From the human T2T-CHM13v2.0 reference genome, Homo sapiens: a DNA stretch of 64,000 nt. The DNA is taken from the NCBI RefSeq assembly GCF_009914755.1, contig NC_060927.1. One strand, given 5' to 3'. The notes under the pieces were generated by a model, which was given only the letters and a program-made list of their open reading frames with translations, made no database searches and was not told the DNA's origin. The position numbers and the translations under genes are program-made. Positions 15,240 through 28,567 of the stretch are shown in pieces. The stretch's first letter is position 1. Every line of letters begins with the position of its first letter.

Positions 15240-16000
15240 GGGCACTGCCGGCTGAAGCTGCAGGGTAGGTGGGTCGGGGCTCCCACTTGCTAGGTCCAGT
15301 CTCCCTTCCCATGACCAGGGCCCCAACAGGACACTTAGAGGTTCCTACCTTCTTCCCCTGGGCTGCTCCCATGGCACGAAGTGGGCACCAGGCCTGGGTG
15401 GGCTGCAGGGGCCAGGCTGGGGTCCTCCCTGCTGGCGTTGATCTCAGGAGCCAGGACCCAAGGGGCTCCCGGGGCGAGGGCCCCCTGTCCTCTTGCGGCT
15501 CATTCTCCCAGGCACAAAGGCGGCTTTCACAGCTGCTCCTAAGCCCGGAGCGCCTCAGACAGGCTTAGGGCGATTGATCCTGACAGAGGGGCCAGTGTCC
15601 CCAGGCGGCTTCTATGCCCTTCTTGGGTCCCTGCAGCTCCTCACCTCCCAGAACCCTGCCTCTCTCAGGAAGGGAAACTGAGGCAGCTGGGAAATGAGGG
15701 AAGACGTGGGGCAGTCCTCTCATCACACACCGGTAGCTCAGGCGCGGCGGGTGACCTCTGCCTGGCCCAGCGGGCAGGACTTGGCCTTCTCACCTTGCTG
15801 GGCACCACTCAGCCGACAGGGCCAGACGGTGGAGGCCGTGGGCTGGCTGAGGTGCAGAGCTCTGGGAGGGCTGCGTGCGGATGTCAGCTTCAGCTGGACA
15901 GCCCCATTAATAATAGACCTTTGAAGATGCTTGGGGTCCGGGGCTCTCCCACAGCAGATACTCTGAGAGCAGACTCCTTTATTCAACTGGGCAGCAGGCT
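15240..16000 (-). promoter_or_regulatory. FAM107A: CpG-richer island; probable distal promoter and first exons of FAM107A
   Basis: Local CpG enrichment. Minus-strand donors AAG|GTAGGA (exon end 15349) and CAAG|GTGAGA (exon end 15794). Gene assignment comes from recalled order FAM107A-FAM3D on human 3p14. Confidence 0.55.
15349..15372 (-). CDS. FAM107A: Putative first coding exon MGAAQGKK (probable FAM107A isoform)
   Basis: GTGCCATGG Kozak, 8 codons, then a phase-0 donor AAG|GTAGGA. Confidence 0.45.
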
Positions 16001-16235
16001 GCCTGGAAGGGCTGGAGGGCTGCTGGTCTGGGCCCAGGCCAAGAAAATATCTGAAGGCCAGATTCCAGGCCTGGGGCCAAGTTCTCAAAGTGCCCCCGGC
16101 AGTCACTCTCCTCCTCATTTGCCAGCCCTGTCCTTCTCCGTGATGCCAGCTTGTGGCAGAGGTTAAGGCTAAAGAGACCTTGGGCTTGAACTGTAGCTCT
16201 GTCCCTGATAGTTGTGTGGCCTTGGGGGCACGATG

Positions 16236-16237
<2 letters not shown>

Positions 16238-16268
<31 letters not shown>
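16238..16268. repeat. (TG)n microsatellite
   Basis: Direct reading. Confidence 0.95.
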
Positions 16269-16272
<4 letters not shown>

Positions 16273-19200
16273 TGAAGCACTCATACTGCAGAGCTAAATG
16301 GGGTAAGGTGTGTGTGTACAGCTGAAGCCATCGTTTTGCGAAAGCATAAATCAGAGCATGTTGCTCTGTTTTATCTGTCACTTCACCAAAGGTGGGGTAA
16401 GAGTTGCCCCCACTGCATGGGGCTGTGGGGATGTGCAGAGCATCTGGTGAACAACAATTCCTCAGAGAAGTTAGGTGCCACTGCTATCATGCTGCTAATA
16501 ACACAAATGATATCCACTGCCCAGTGGAAAGTCCCGAATAACCAGTTCACTAAGCACAACACCGTTTCCCAAGAGGTGGGGGGGTTGGGGAGACCTTGCC
16601 ACCCTTTCCTTTCCTCTAGCACGATGCCTGGCACACAGTAGGTGCCTGCAACACATACACAGATGACTTACGGAATGGCAGCTGGTGGAGGGTCAAGAAT
16701 TAGGCATTCTAGATCCAGCCTTGCCAACAGAACCAAACACCCCATGGTCTGCAAGGTCTGATTGACTGTCTTGCTAGGACCTCATTTCCCTCTCCTCCCT
16801 CTCCCTGGTAGTTTCTGGGTCACAGCACCTTTCCCCCCTTCTCAGGGCCTTTGCACTTGCTATTCTCTCTGCGTGGAATGTTCTCTCCCCCACTTCCCCT
16901 CCACTGCCCATATTTTGATCTTTGCCTGATTCTATCCTTTTTGTCCTTCAGGCTCCTCAGAGAAGCTTTCTCTGTTGCCTTGTGCAAAGCAGTTCCCAGG
17001 CTCTCTGTTTATTACTTTGTTGTAGCACTCATCAGCAACTGAAGTGATATGACCTCGGTGTTTATTGTCCATCTCCTCTGCCATTCCTCTGGAATGGCAG
17101 TTCCACAAAGGCCAGGGCCTGGTCTGTCCTGCTCCTCAGTTTACCCCGAGTCTAGAGCAATATTAGTGGAAGAATCCATGATGGAGGATTAAATGAAATA
17201 GTCTAAGTAGGTCGAGTGCTTAACACAGTCCTGACTCATCGAAAGTGCTCGCTTCATGGCACTGCTTAATACTGTTGTTATTGTTACTGTATTTCCTCCG
17301 ATACCCATGACCCTTCCAGCCAAGCAAACATGTAGCTTCTTCCTTCCGCCCCTTCCCTTGGGTTCAGCCTCTGCCTTCCTCGGCTGCTCCCCACTCCTTT
17401 TCTCCCTGTTCCAGTCGTGGCCTGATTACAGTTTCGGATTTCCTGCAGAAAGGAGAGAGTCCACAAAATTGTAAAGGGAAATGACTAAATTGGCCTTCAG
17501 ATGGAGCAGTAAAAATGCTGTAAGTCAACACGGAAGATCAAACTCCTTTGGCAACCATCCCATAATTATCCACCAGCTTGACTCTTGGTGGGGTGGGAGG
17601 AAAGAAAATGATTCTTACGCATTTATTAATGTTTTCCATCTGTTTGGAGCCCTGCCGAAATGTGGCTTAGTGCTGCAGTGAAAGCCTGGTTGACAGAGCC
17701 TGTGATTGGGCTCTGAAGTCCAGGCCCTGGCAGGATGATGGCCCAAAATGCAACATTCAGGCCACATGGCATGGGCAGGAGGAATGGGGGTGGAGGCCCC
17801 AGAGCCCAGCACTATGCCTGGCACAGAGGATGTACTTGGAATACGTGAACAGATGATTTATGAGGTGACAGCTGGTGGTGGAGGACCAAGGAGCAGGTGT
17901 TCTAGATCCATCTTTGCCCTATCTCACTCTGTGGCTGGGCACATCCCTTAGACTCTCTTTCTCCATCTAAAACATGAGAGTAAACATGTGTTCCTTCTTG
18001 ACCCACAACCTTATAGAAGGAAGTAAGGCTTACGAAGTGTGAGGGGGGCTTTGGGTTTTAAAAAGAGGAGTTCTAAATCCCTTGAACCCAGTTCCTCTCC
18101 ATCTCTTCCAAAGCAATGAAGGCAGGTGTTGAGAATGCTAACTCTGAGGTTCTGTGCAATCTTCAAAAGTCTTCAGAGGCATTCAGGAGCAGGGCAGGAG
18201 GGGGAGGAGAAAAAGGGGAAGTGGGGAAGAGAGGAGGAGAAGGAGGATGGGAGAAACTCTGTTTACCTGAGAGTAGGTTTAGGGCAAACATATCTGTTTC
18301 GTGTAATGTTGGGGACAGACCGGAATTCCAGCCCTTATTCTGAGACTCCTTATCTATGTGACTTTGGACAAGTCACTTGACCTCTCTGAGCCTCATCTTC
18401 CTTCTGTGTAAAACAGGATGACAATGGTTCCCACCCCGTGGACGAGGGGGCTATGAGGATGAAATGAGGTAATTCATGTAAAGCTCTGAGCAGAACGTCT
18501 GGAGAACTGCAATTCTCTGTAGAAGTGAGGTGCTGCAATTGTTACACTATCAGCAAGGCCGAAGATAAGTCCAGTGCCCATTGGGAAGTCCCAGATAATG
18601 AGTTCATTAGGCGCAACAGCCTTTCCCGAATTGGGTGTGTGGGGAGACCTTGCCACCCTTCCCTTTCTAGCTTGTGCCGCCACCTACTGGTGAAGACAAG
18701 AATTACAGCTTCTGGAAAGCTCTCTCCACGACCCCACCCCTCACAGCCCCATCCTCACTCCTGGGATGGGTGGGAGGCACATTGGCAGGGAGTGGGGAGG
18801 CAAATCCAAGCCCCCAGTTCTGAGGCCACGATTAGCTTGCAGAGATTCCTGAAGGCTTGTCGACCCCAGTGAGAAAATGTGTCCCAAGTCTTATCCATTT
18901 CACTTTCTGATGATCCCTGGGACAGGCCTCTGGTCCGGGCCACCACCCTCTATTCCTGGATGATATGGCAGCCTCCTCACTGGCCTCCCTTCCTCCACTC
19001 CTTCCCACAGCAGCAAGGAATTTTCAAAACATGCAGCTCTGGTCACCTTGCCCCCAGCTTAAATCTCCCAGTGTGTCCCCTGCCCTGGGACAAAGTCCAA
19101 GCCCTCTGCCCAGCTCACAAGGCCCCTCGGGCTCTGACCTCCCACTCAGCCCTGTTACCCATCCTCTGCCCCTTCCAGGCCTTGTTCATGCTGTTCCCTG

Positions 19201-19949
19201 GCCTGACATGCCCTTCCCTCCCTTCTTTGCCTGGTGAGCTCCTACACACTCCTGAGGGCTCAGCATGGGTGCTGCTTCCTCCAGGATGCCTTCCTGGATC
19301 CCCCAAGGCTGGGGCAGCGGTCCTGCAGTCTTTCCCCTTGCCAAGCCATGTCGCCTCTGGATTTGTATCCCCTGCTAGACTGAGTGGGAACGGTGCTGGG
19401 TTTTCTTCACTGCAGCATCCCCAAGCCTGCCGGACTCTTGATGCATATCAGGTTTGCTGAGTGATGAAAATCTTGGCGATAAAGACCCAACTCTTTACAG
19501 CTTGAGCTGACCTGGGGGTCCCTATAGTGGCCACAATGTCCTGAAAATGACGTTGAGAGTCTGACAGGTGTTTGCCACTTTTGTAACACCCACCCAAGAG
19601 GGGCCTAGTGTGGCTGGCTCGAGAATGCAGTCTCCTTGATGGGTTATGGGGGTACAATGATGGCTACTTGGGCTTATCTTCTGACTTATTCTGGGCATCT
19701 GAGGAAGGAGTGGGAAGCTGGAGTGGGGCATGATCCCTAATCTTTGCCTTGTGTTCCCTGGTGTGGAACAGCACGTTGCCTCTTCCATGGGCTCCACATG
19801 GCAGTGGCAAGTGCAGCTCCCCCACTCTGAGCTCTTTCTCCTTGAGAACTGATCCCTTTTATGACAACAATTCCTGCAGACCTGGAGGTCTTATCTCCCA
19901 GCCCAGGCTCAGGCTCAGTCCCATCCAGCTGGCCATGCCCACCACCTCT

Positions 19950-20345
19950 CTTAGGATGGGTACCCCAGGATCCCACTTCGGGATAGGGATTGTCGTGTAG
20001 GTGATTTGTTAAGGACTGGCCCCTGGGGACACTGGTAAGGGAGTGGAGGAGCAGGATGGGAAAGGGGAAAGAGGTAAGCAAAGGGACACTTTCAGGCAAA
20101 GTCCCAGTTCCCGCCTGATCCCTCTGGGAATCCTGGAGTGTAAATTGCACCTCGTGGTCATCATCATGCCCCAAAATAAAGAGCTGGCCTTTCATGTTCC
20201 CATACCTGCCAGTCATTAGCTAAGGACCATCCTGGGGTGGTGTACACACCCCCAGCTTCCTGGTCTGTCTTCTTTGCACTTGTGCTCAAAGAATGTATGA
20301 GTAGCCCAAGGGCAATTCTCCAAAGAAGAGTTCAGACTGACCATT
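19950..20345 (-). mobile_element. Old ERVL LTR (LTR16/LTR33-like)
   Basis: Diverged similarity to the LTR16 3' end; subfamily uncertain. Confidence 0.5.
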
Positions 20346-20870
20346 AGTAACAAAATCTGGGAAAGGGCACCTGGGATGCTTCCCTGAATTCTCTGATTGA
20401 GCCAGTTGACATGTTCTCAGTCTTCTTTGAAGTGTTGTGCAGTGCAGTTTCTGGAAAAGTCCATGTGTCTTCTCTTCAACGAGGCAGCTACCCCATGTCT
20501 TAAAATAGTGGCCACTGCCAAGAGCCCTCTGCCTAGCCCTGGTCCCTGCTCATGAGCTCATTTTAGAGGTCTTTATATGTTCTTTAAAAATTTTACAAGG
20601 TACTCCTGCTTGTTGTAAAGTGAAATTTCCGAGCTCTCAAAGGTGTTTATGGTCATCATGAAAATTTCATGCCACCTTCATTCCCAGAGCAGGTTTCTGG
20701 GCAGATGTTTTTCCAGGTAGTCTACTGATGTGGTTGGAAGTGGTTATTCAGGCCTGCCAGCATGCTCCCGCTTTCATCCGTGAGGGTGAGCTGGGGTGGG
20801 TTGGGCAGGGAGTGACAGAATTGACAGGATGTCTGGATGGGCACCTTCTGACTTCCTCAGCCAACCCTGA

Positions 20871-21177
<307 letters not shown>

Positions 21178-21599
21178 TGATTTTGATATCACTGCAATTG
21201 TAGCCCGTGTCCCACCTGCCGTGGCCCCTGGTGGAAGGTTCACACACACTATTGTCTCTACCCCAGGCTATCTTGGCACATTTGAAGTGCTCCCTGGCCC
21301 CAGGACTTGGGAGCTGTGAGTCTCAGACCACTGGTGGGCATCTGTGCTTGGGCAGAGGGTTTCTTCTCCATGAGGTGTAGTGTCCCCAGCACATGCTCCA
21401 GGAGGCTGAGTAGCAATGCTTTCTGCCCCCACGACCTCCTTTCAAGACTTAGTCTAGAGCCTGGGAACTGGGCCCTTCTCAGAAACCTCAGGCAGGTCTT
21501 GACACCGTATCCTTGGGCCTTCCCATTTCAATGTGCTCCTGCCATTGCAGCTGGCATTGCCATCTCTTGGCTGGGGGCTTGCTGTGAAGCCACAGAGGG

Positions 21600-21955
21600 C
21601 CACTCTTCCCTAGGCAGGGCAGACAAGAAGCACCTAGGAATTCATATCATCCCCAACACCAGAAGCCCTCAACAAACCACTAGTGGGAGTCGGTGTGTAA
21701 ATACCCCAGCTCCCTCACTCCCGGGTGGAGTATCTCCAAGGTGCATGTTCTACCCCGATTCCTAGAGCTTCGGGTGGGAGTCAGCTCCAGTCCCCACAGG
21801 GGTAGCTGGGTTGAAACCATACCCTTCACTGGCTGCCTTCCCCTCCTTCCCTTTGCCATCTCACTTCCCTACTTCTCTATTGGTGTTTCCCACAATCACC
21901 TCCCAAATATACTGACTGCCCTTGAGTCCTTGTCTCAGGGTCCGCTCCTGGGGCG
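21600..21955 (+). mobile_element. ERVL LTR16-like LTR
   Basis: GTGTAAATACCCCAGCTCCCTC...CACCTCCCAAATA...CTTGTCTCAGGGTC. Confidence 0.65.
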
Positions 21956-22346
21956 GAGACAGCCCGGCTGCCTTCCCTGAAGCCTGCAGCACAGCCTGGC
22001 GGCTCCTTCCAGCCAGGTTCAGATGTGCCCCTCCTCTCCCACTCCTGCTCTGGACTTGCTCCAGCTCTCCTTCAGACAGAGGGTGATGACAGTATTTCTT
22101 GCATCCTGTCCCTAGCTCCCTCTGTTCCTGTCCATCCCACATGTTATGCAGGAACTGAGGATTCTCTCAGGCCCATGGGAAATCCCAGAAACACAGCTCC
22201 CTCCCAGCTGCCTAAGGGGGAGCCTGAAGCTGTCACAGACCTGTCTGAACCCATGGCCCATGCTGAGTCTGGAGCAGTTCAATCCCAGGGAGAAACGTGG
22301 CCACTGGAGTGGTCAGAAAGCTCATTCAAAACCAGCAAAAATAAAA

Positions 22347-22352
22347 TTTAAT
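22347..22352 (-). terminator. FAM3D poly(A) signal ATTAAA
   Basis: About 305 nt after the stop codon, followed by a U-rich tract (TTTTATTTTTGCTGGTTTTG). Confidence 0.8.
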
Positions 22353-22657
22353 TGGGCTCAAGTCTGGGCAGTTTGTCCTTCCTCAGGACCAGCCGTCAGC
22401 AGTCCCTGACGAAAGCACCCCATTCTCTCCACAGACAGCTGGTTCCAGAAGGACCCTCTGAGGCTGGTCTTCCGGGTAGGATGTGCTGTGGGAGGGTTCT
22501 GTTTCCGAGGAGGAGAGGCGCGACACAGCGTGCAAGGACCTGCAGCACCTTCCACGCAGCACCCCCTGCTCCTCCTCCTCAGCCCCTGCCGGGCTCTGAC
22601 TCCTAAGTCAGGCAGGAGCTTCTTCAGGCCCCTGGCTGAGGAAGAGCCACAGCCACC

Positions 22658-22747
22658 CTAAAATGGCTTCGGGGGCATGCAGCCCTCCATCTCCAGCAGC
22701 TCTGGCCATCCCTCGTATTTGTTTGTGTCTGGGCTGTTCTTTAAGAA
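22658..22747 (-). CDS. FAM3D: FAM3D exon 10 coding part (FLKNSPDTNKYEGWPELLEMEGCMPPKPF*)
   Basis: (CT)n tract then TAG|TTC. Stop TAG at 22660-22658. NKYEGWPE..EGC motif. Confidence 0.97.
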   Translation of the reverse strand, partial: FLKNSPDTNKYEGWPELLEMEGCMPPKPF

Positions 22748-23253
22748 CTAGAGAGAGAGAAGACAGAGAAATATAGGCAGTGAGTGAGGCTGTTCAGAAC
22801 TCATGCCCACATGGACACTGTGCTCTAAACCTAAATGGGGGTGTGGGATGTTATTAACCCACTTCACAGATGGGGAAACTGAGGCTCAGAGAGGGGATGC
22901 AACTTGCTCAAGATCTCAGAGATGGGATCAGAGCCCAGTTAACTGCTCTCACGCCCTGAAGGGTAACCAGTTGTTGGAGAGATCTGGCCCCTCCCCACAA
23001 ATTCTCTGTGTCCCTCTAGGATACCTCAAATAACAATAATGATAGCAACAATAAAAAGAAGACTCCGACCATGTCTTGAGCGCTTGCTGTATGCCACGTG
23101 GTGTTCTGCAGGGCCTTATGTATTTAATCTGCACAGTGGCCCTAGGGAGTGTGCACTGTTTACATCCCATTCTACAGATGGGGAAGCTGAGGCACAGAGG
23201 GTCACTGCCCGTAGTCACTGGCTGGTAAGTGGCAGAACCACCACATAATATTA

Positions 23254-23565
<312 letters not shown>

Positions 23566-24672
23566 ATACTAGTAATAAGTATGTAAGAAGAATAAAATCA
23601 CTTAGGATTGTGTCTAAAATGCTCAGGTTTGGATTATGAAAGAAAAAAACGTAAATGGCAAAATCTGCTGTTGGAATCATTGTGGCTGACTCTCAGGAAT
23701 TAAAAAAGAGATTCTAGATGCTACCTGCCTAAAACCCAGTTTCCCAAGTGTGAGGACTAAGAACAGACCGGCTTAGTCCCATTAGGGTGCTTGGTTCATT
23801 TTTGTGTGTCGGTCCCGGCCAGCTGGTTGCAGATGGATGAAGATGATGCTGGGCTTCCTGTACTCCCACGCCTCCTCTGTCTTGCCGGTTCCCCTGGGTC
23901 TGGAGCCCACGCTTTGGGGCAGGAAAGCACCACCTGCCCATGCAGCCTCAGACCTCTTGCCTCTTGCTAGGGCCCTGCTGCAGCACCCCCACAGGACATT
24001 CGGGAACCACACCCGGCCGCCCCCGCCCACCGGCCTCCTGCGTTCTTCACTGCGTTCAAGTAATTTCTAGTTACCCAAATACATCCTCTTAGAAACACAC
24101 GCATACAGACCAAGACCACATTTTCTAGCTTAGGAAAGAAATCCTCCCATCCCAGTCCTGGTGCCCTTCCTAGAGCTCAGCACACGGTTCCCTGCACCTG
24201 CCCCCTCCAGCACCTCTTGTCTGATGATGGCATCGGCCTCCTCCCTGCCTTCTGACTTCCCTCCTCGTTTTCTCCATGCCTCGCCAGGGAGGCTGAAGGG
24301 ATGGGGACAGGCATCCTGCTCCTTTCCCCGGGATCCCCTTCCCCGCCACACAGCTCCATGTCTCCATTTCTTTCTCGTTCCTTCATGCCTCACTTGCCCA
24401 TCATCCTTCTTTTCTCCTTTTCCCTCTTCCTTTTCTGATAATTATCTGTATACCTGCGTATCTATATATGACCCAGCTTTTGCGAAATGGCCAAGGCAGC
24501 TTCCTGGCCAATCAGACCACCCTGGCCTTTGGAGTGAATGACAGCCAGGGGCCTCTCCCCAGACAATCCTCCCAATTTTAAGGCCCTTGGGAGGTGAATG
24601 GGTGACTCCTTCCTACCACCACCCAGCTCCTCATGCATCCTTCATAGGGCCGGGTTGTGGCCCAGAACCCAC

Positions 24673-24799
24673 CTGCTCAAAGGGGCTTTTACCCCTGAGG
24701 TCTTTGGCTCCTATGAAGACCCAGCTGTCCCGGAAGCCCAGTTGTTTTGCGTAGGAACTCCCCAAGTCAGAGAAGAGTTTCCTGCTTTCATCGTTCATT
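24673..24799 (-). CDS. FAM3D: FAM3D exon 9 (MNDESRKLFSDLGSSYAKQLGFRDSWVFIGAKDLRGKSPFEQ)
   Basis: 127 nt, TGCAG| ... GAGCAG|GTGGGT. LGFRDSWVF motif. Confidence 0.97.
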
Positions 24800-25518
24800 C
24801 TGCAGAGGACCAGAGAGGATGGTCAGGATGCGGGGGTGGGTCGCAGGGGCATCAGGTGGTGGGATTCCCATGGGGCAAGGTTCCCACTCTTCTCCCCATT
24901 CAGCATCTGCCCTGGGGGTGTCCAGAGAACGTGGCTGCACTCAGGAAGGACAGGGTAAAGGGCTTCAAGACTTCCTCTCTAAAAGGGCTTCAGATGGGGC
25001 TGGAGATGTGTTAAAACAGTACTGCTCTATTTACAAATACAATACACATTCATTTGGAAAATATGGAAGATCACAAAGAAGTAACTAAGAAATACAGTCT
25101 CACCCCTCCTCCCCTTAGTGTGATCAGTGTATGTATTTCCTTACAGTGTTTTTTTTCCCCTCACTTAGCACTAGAGGGTGAGCGATTTTCCACGTCCTTA
25201 AATACTTTCCGCACCATCATTTTTGATGCAGTCTATCTTCATTTGTGTATATATCATATCCTATGTCACCGTATGTCATAGTTTCTGTAGCCAGTCAGCT
25301 GTTATTATTGGACAGGGAGAGGGTTTCCAGTTTTTCACTGTGGTAATGAAGGCTGTGATGAACCTCCTAGAACATTTCTTTGCATACTTGTCTGATAATT
25401 TCCTCGAGATAAGTTGCCAGAAAATGGATCTGGCAAAAGAGCAGAAAAGGGTGTGCAGGGTTTGAAGGTATTCAGTTTGCATCACTGTGTGGCCTGGCAG
25501 GTAGAGTTTTCTACTTAC

Positions 25519-25603
25519 TTGGTCCCTGGATCGTCGTAGGAGGCCACCAGCACCAGTGCACCCCCCGGAATTTCTTTAAGGAATTTCACTAGGTGCATAA
25601 CAT
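25519..25603 (-). CDS. FAM3D: FAM3D exon 8 (DVMHLVKFLKEIPGGALVLVASYDDPGT)
   Basis: 85 nt, CCCCCAG| ... ACCAA|GTAAGT. VLVASYDD motif. Confidence 0.97.
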
Positions 25604-26256
25604 CTGGGGGAGGAAGGAAAAGGTGCTGGTGATTTAGGGGAAATGAGCCCTGGTCATTCTCATGCTTGTCTACTGCCCCATGATGCAGGAGTCAGCTAGG
25701 CCCGGTGGACACTGGGCTGAGCTCAGAAGCCAGGAGGAAGAGCATCCCAGGTGGAGCTCCCTGTAGCCCTTGTCCTAGGGGAGGGCAGAGTGACCAGAGT
25801 GAGGGGAACTCATCCAGGTGATGTGGGGTGGCTTCCGGACACTGGAATTTAGAAATTCCCCTCGTGACAGGGATTTGCAGCTGAGGGTGACCACCACTGG
25901 TAGAAGGGCCCTTGTGTGCCTACCCCTCTGGGGACGAAGTGCCATCATCTCTCAGGTGCTCTGGGCCCTTTGCATACCCCAGACCCCATTCTACGCTGGA
26001 CAATGCCCAGATTATCTGTGCTGACTTTAGGTGGTATAGCACGTGGCCTCAGACAACTGAGATCCCTGGGAGAGAATTCGAGTAGACTATGAATACAACT
26101 CTCCTGCTGTGTCAAGGAGCAAGGCTCTGCGTGTGTCTTTAATGCCTCCCTAACTTGCCAAGCTCTCTATTTAACAGAGAACAGCTCTAGGTTTAGCACC
26201 TGGGGGAGGCATCAGCATCCAGCTCACTGTGAAGAGGCTGATTTGTTTCCCTTGTG

Positions 26257-26573
<317 letters not shown>

Positions 26574-26916
26574 CCTCCATTGTGATTATTTTTATGGTCA
26601 CCTTCCCTGCATAACAAGTGATAATAGCTTTCCATTTAAGGCAGTAATATAGTTTCCTTTTAAGATATATTTACTTAGGTAAGAAAAAAAGTGATCCAAT
26701 TTAAAGAAAAATACTAATAATGCAGATATTATTCTAGATATGGTGCAACTCGAGTGGGCTCAAGTTTGGGAACAAGCAGCCTAGTGGCTAAAGCAGAGAC
26801 TATATCTGTCAAATGAGGATGAGTAACAGCCCTGCTTATAACCTCTATGAAGTGCAAATGTGACAATAACTTTGGGCATACAGTAAGCGTACTCTAATGG
26901 AACCAAAAATTATTAG

Positions 26917-27100
26917 CAGGATTGGCAGCATAATTTTCAGGACCCAGTGCAGAATGAAAATGCAGGGCCTTTTAATAAAAAATGATTAAGTATTTCAAGA
27001 CCACGATGGCAGAGCATGAAGTCAAGTGTGAGATTCTTCCAAGCATGGGCCCCGTGTGACTGCCCTGTCCCCAGGTCATAGGCCCACAAAGCTGGCCTTG
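26917..27100 (-). mobile_element. MER91-like hAT DNA transposon
   Basis: Reverse-complement similarity to 9690-9850 (CAGTGCAGAATGAAAATG). Confidence 0.65.
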
Positions 27101-28516
27101 ATTATTAGTATTCCAGTGCGGACCTCTAGGACCTTGGGGAAGAAGCCATTCTCCCAACTAAGGCCAGCTGCCAGCCAGCTCAGTGACAGAGGTTTCCGGT
27201 CAACCACCACAGTCACTCTTCTAAAGAAATGGCCCTTGAACTTTTATGACAAAAGGAGGGAGCTCTTAAAGCACCATTAATTTGTGTTGTTAGCAGATAT
27301 TATGGTCTGGTGCTTGTCTGGATGGACGGTGGGTATTTGAAAAAATAAAACATGCCTTCTGCTAATGATCACCTCACTTTAAAAAGCCATCATCCCCTTT
27401 TGTTTCCTGAAGGGAAGGACTACTTGCTCACAGTGCTTCTGTTTCTGGGTCCCCATCAGCCGTGGCTACATTCAAGTTTATCATAAGGCATTTTAAAGCT
27501 TAGTTTCATCTTTACGCTTTTTTTCCTTTTCATTCTGACAGATGATTTCCTTGCTTCTGAGTCATCTGGACGGAATGAGGGAAGAGGGGAGCGAAGGGGA
27601 AGAGGAGGGAAGGGAGAAGACTAACATAGCTTGCCTGGACCCCTCCACCAGTCAGGCTGGATACCCTTCCACCAATTATTTCAGGTTATCTAATCTTCAC
27701 ATCAATTTTATGGAGTGGAAACTATAGCTGCCTCTATGTCACAGATGAAGAAACTGAGGCTCAAGAGGCATCACTTGCTTCAGGTCATGCCGCCAGTAGT
27801 CTCTGACACCGGAGACTGGACGTTTTCCATAAACCTGGCCCCAGGCCACGCTGAACATCAGTAGGACTCCAGGCAGAATGTCTGGTCCTCAGCCCCTGGC
27901 CTGTCCCCATCTCCTGTTGCCCCTGTCCTCAGCTCTATCCTGTACCAGGAGGAGGGACCTTGCACACCGCATGTGGGCACTTCAGTGGGCCCATCCAGGC
28001 TCCATCCACAGCACCCTCCCATCAAGCAACAGCCAGCCCCTGGTCACCCCTCCATCCTGGGGGAGTGTCAGAAGCCTGGGGGTGGGGCACACCTGGTAAG
28101 AGACCTGCGTGGGCCCTGATGCAGACTCCAGGTCAGCACACTCCTAGCTCTGCGGACTGCTCACCCATGAGTTGGGATGGAGATGGAGGAGGGCCGGGTG
28201 GGGTCTTATGAAGCCCTGGGCCGAGGACAGGGTTCCAGCTGCCCATCTGACGTTTCCTGAGCTCACTTCTTAAATAAAGCATTGCACTTGAATCCCTGTC
28301 TCAGGATCTGAGTCTGGGAGATCCCAACTGAGATGGCCAGAAGGAGTTTCGAAAGCAGCAGGACACCCTCAACCCCCCACCGCACCTCTTCCTGGGTGCC
28401 TCCTGTGGAAAGAAGCACCAGGTACCTCGAGCCACCAGGTCCCTTGCCACATGAAGAGGCTCAGCCCTCTGCACCGCACCCCCGACTGTGACTTCAGTGT
28501 CAGCAGAGGCACCTAC

Positions 28517-28567
28517 CTCCAGAGTACATGTCAAATGCCTTCTGTCCCAGCACAGCTCCCGTGGTTC
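28517..28567 (-). CDS. FAM3D: FAM3D exon 7 (GTTGAVLGQKAFDMYSG)
   Basis: 51 nt, CCTAG| ... GGAG|GTAGGT. Confidence 0.96.
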
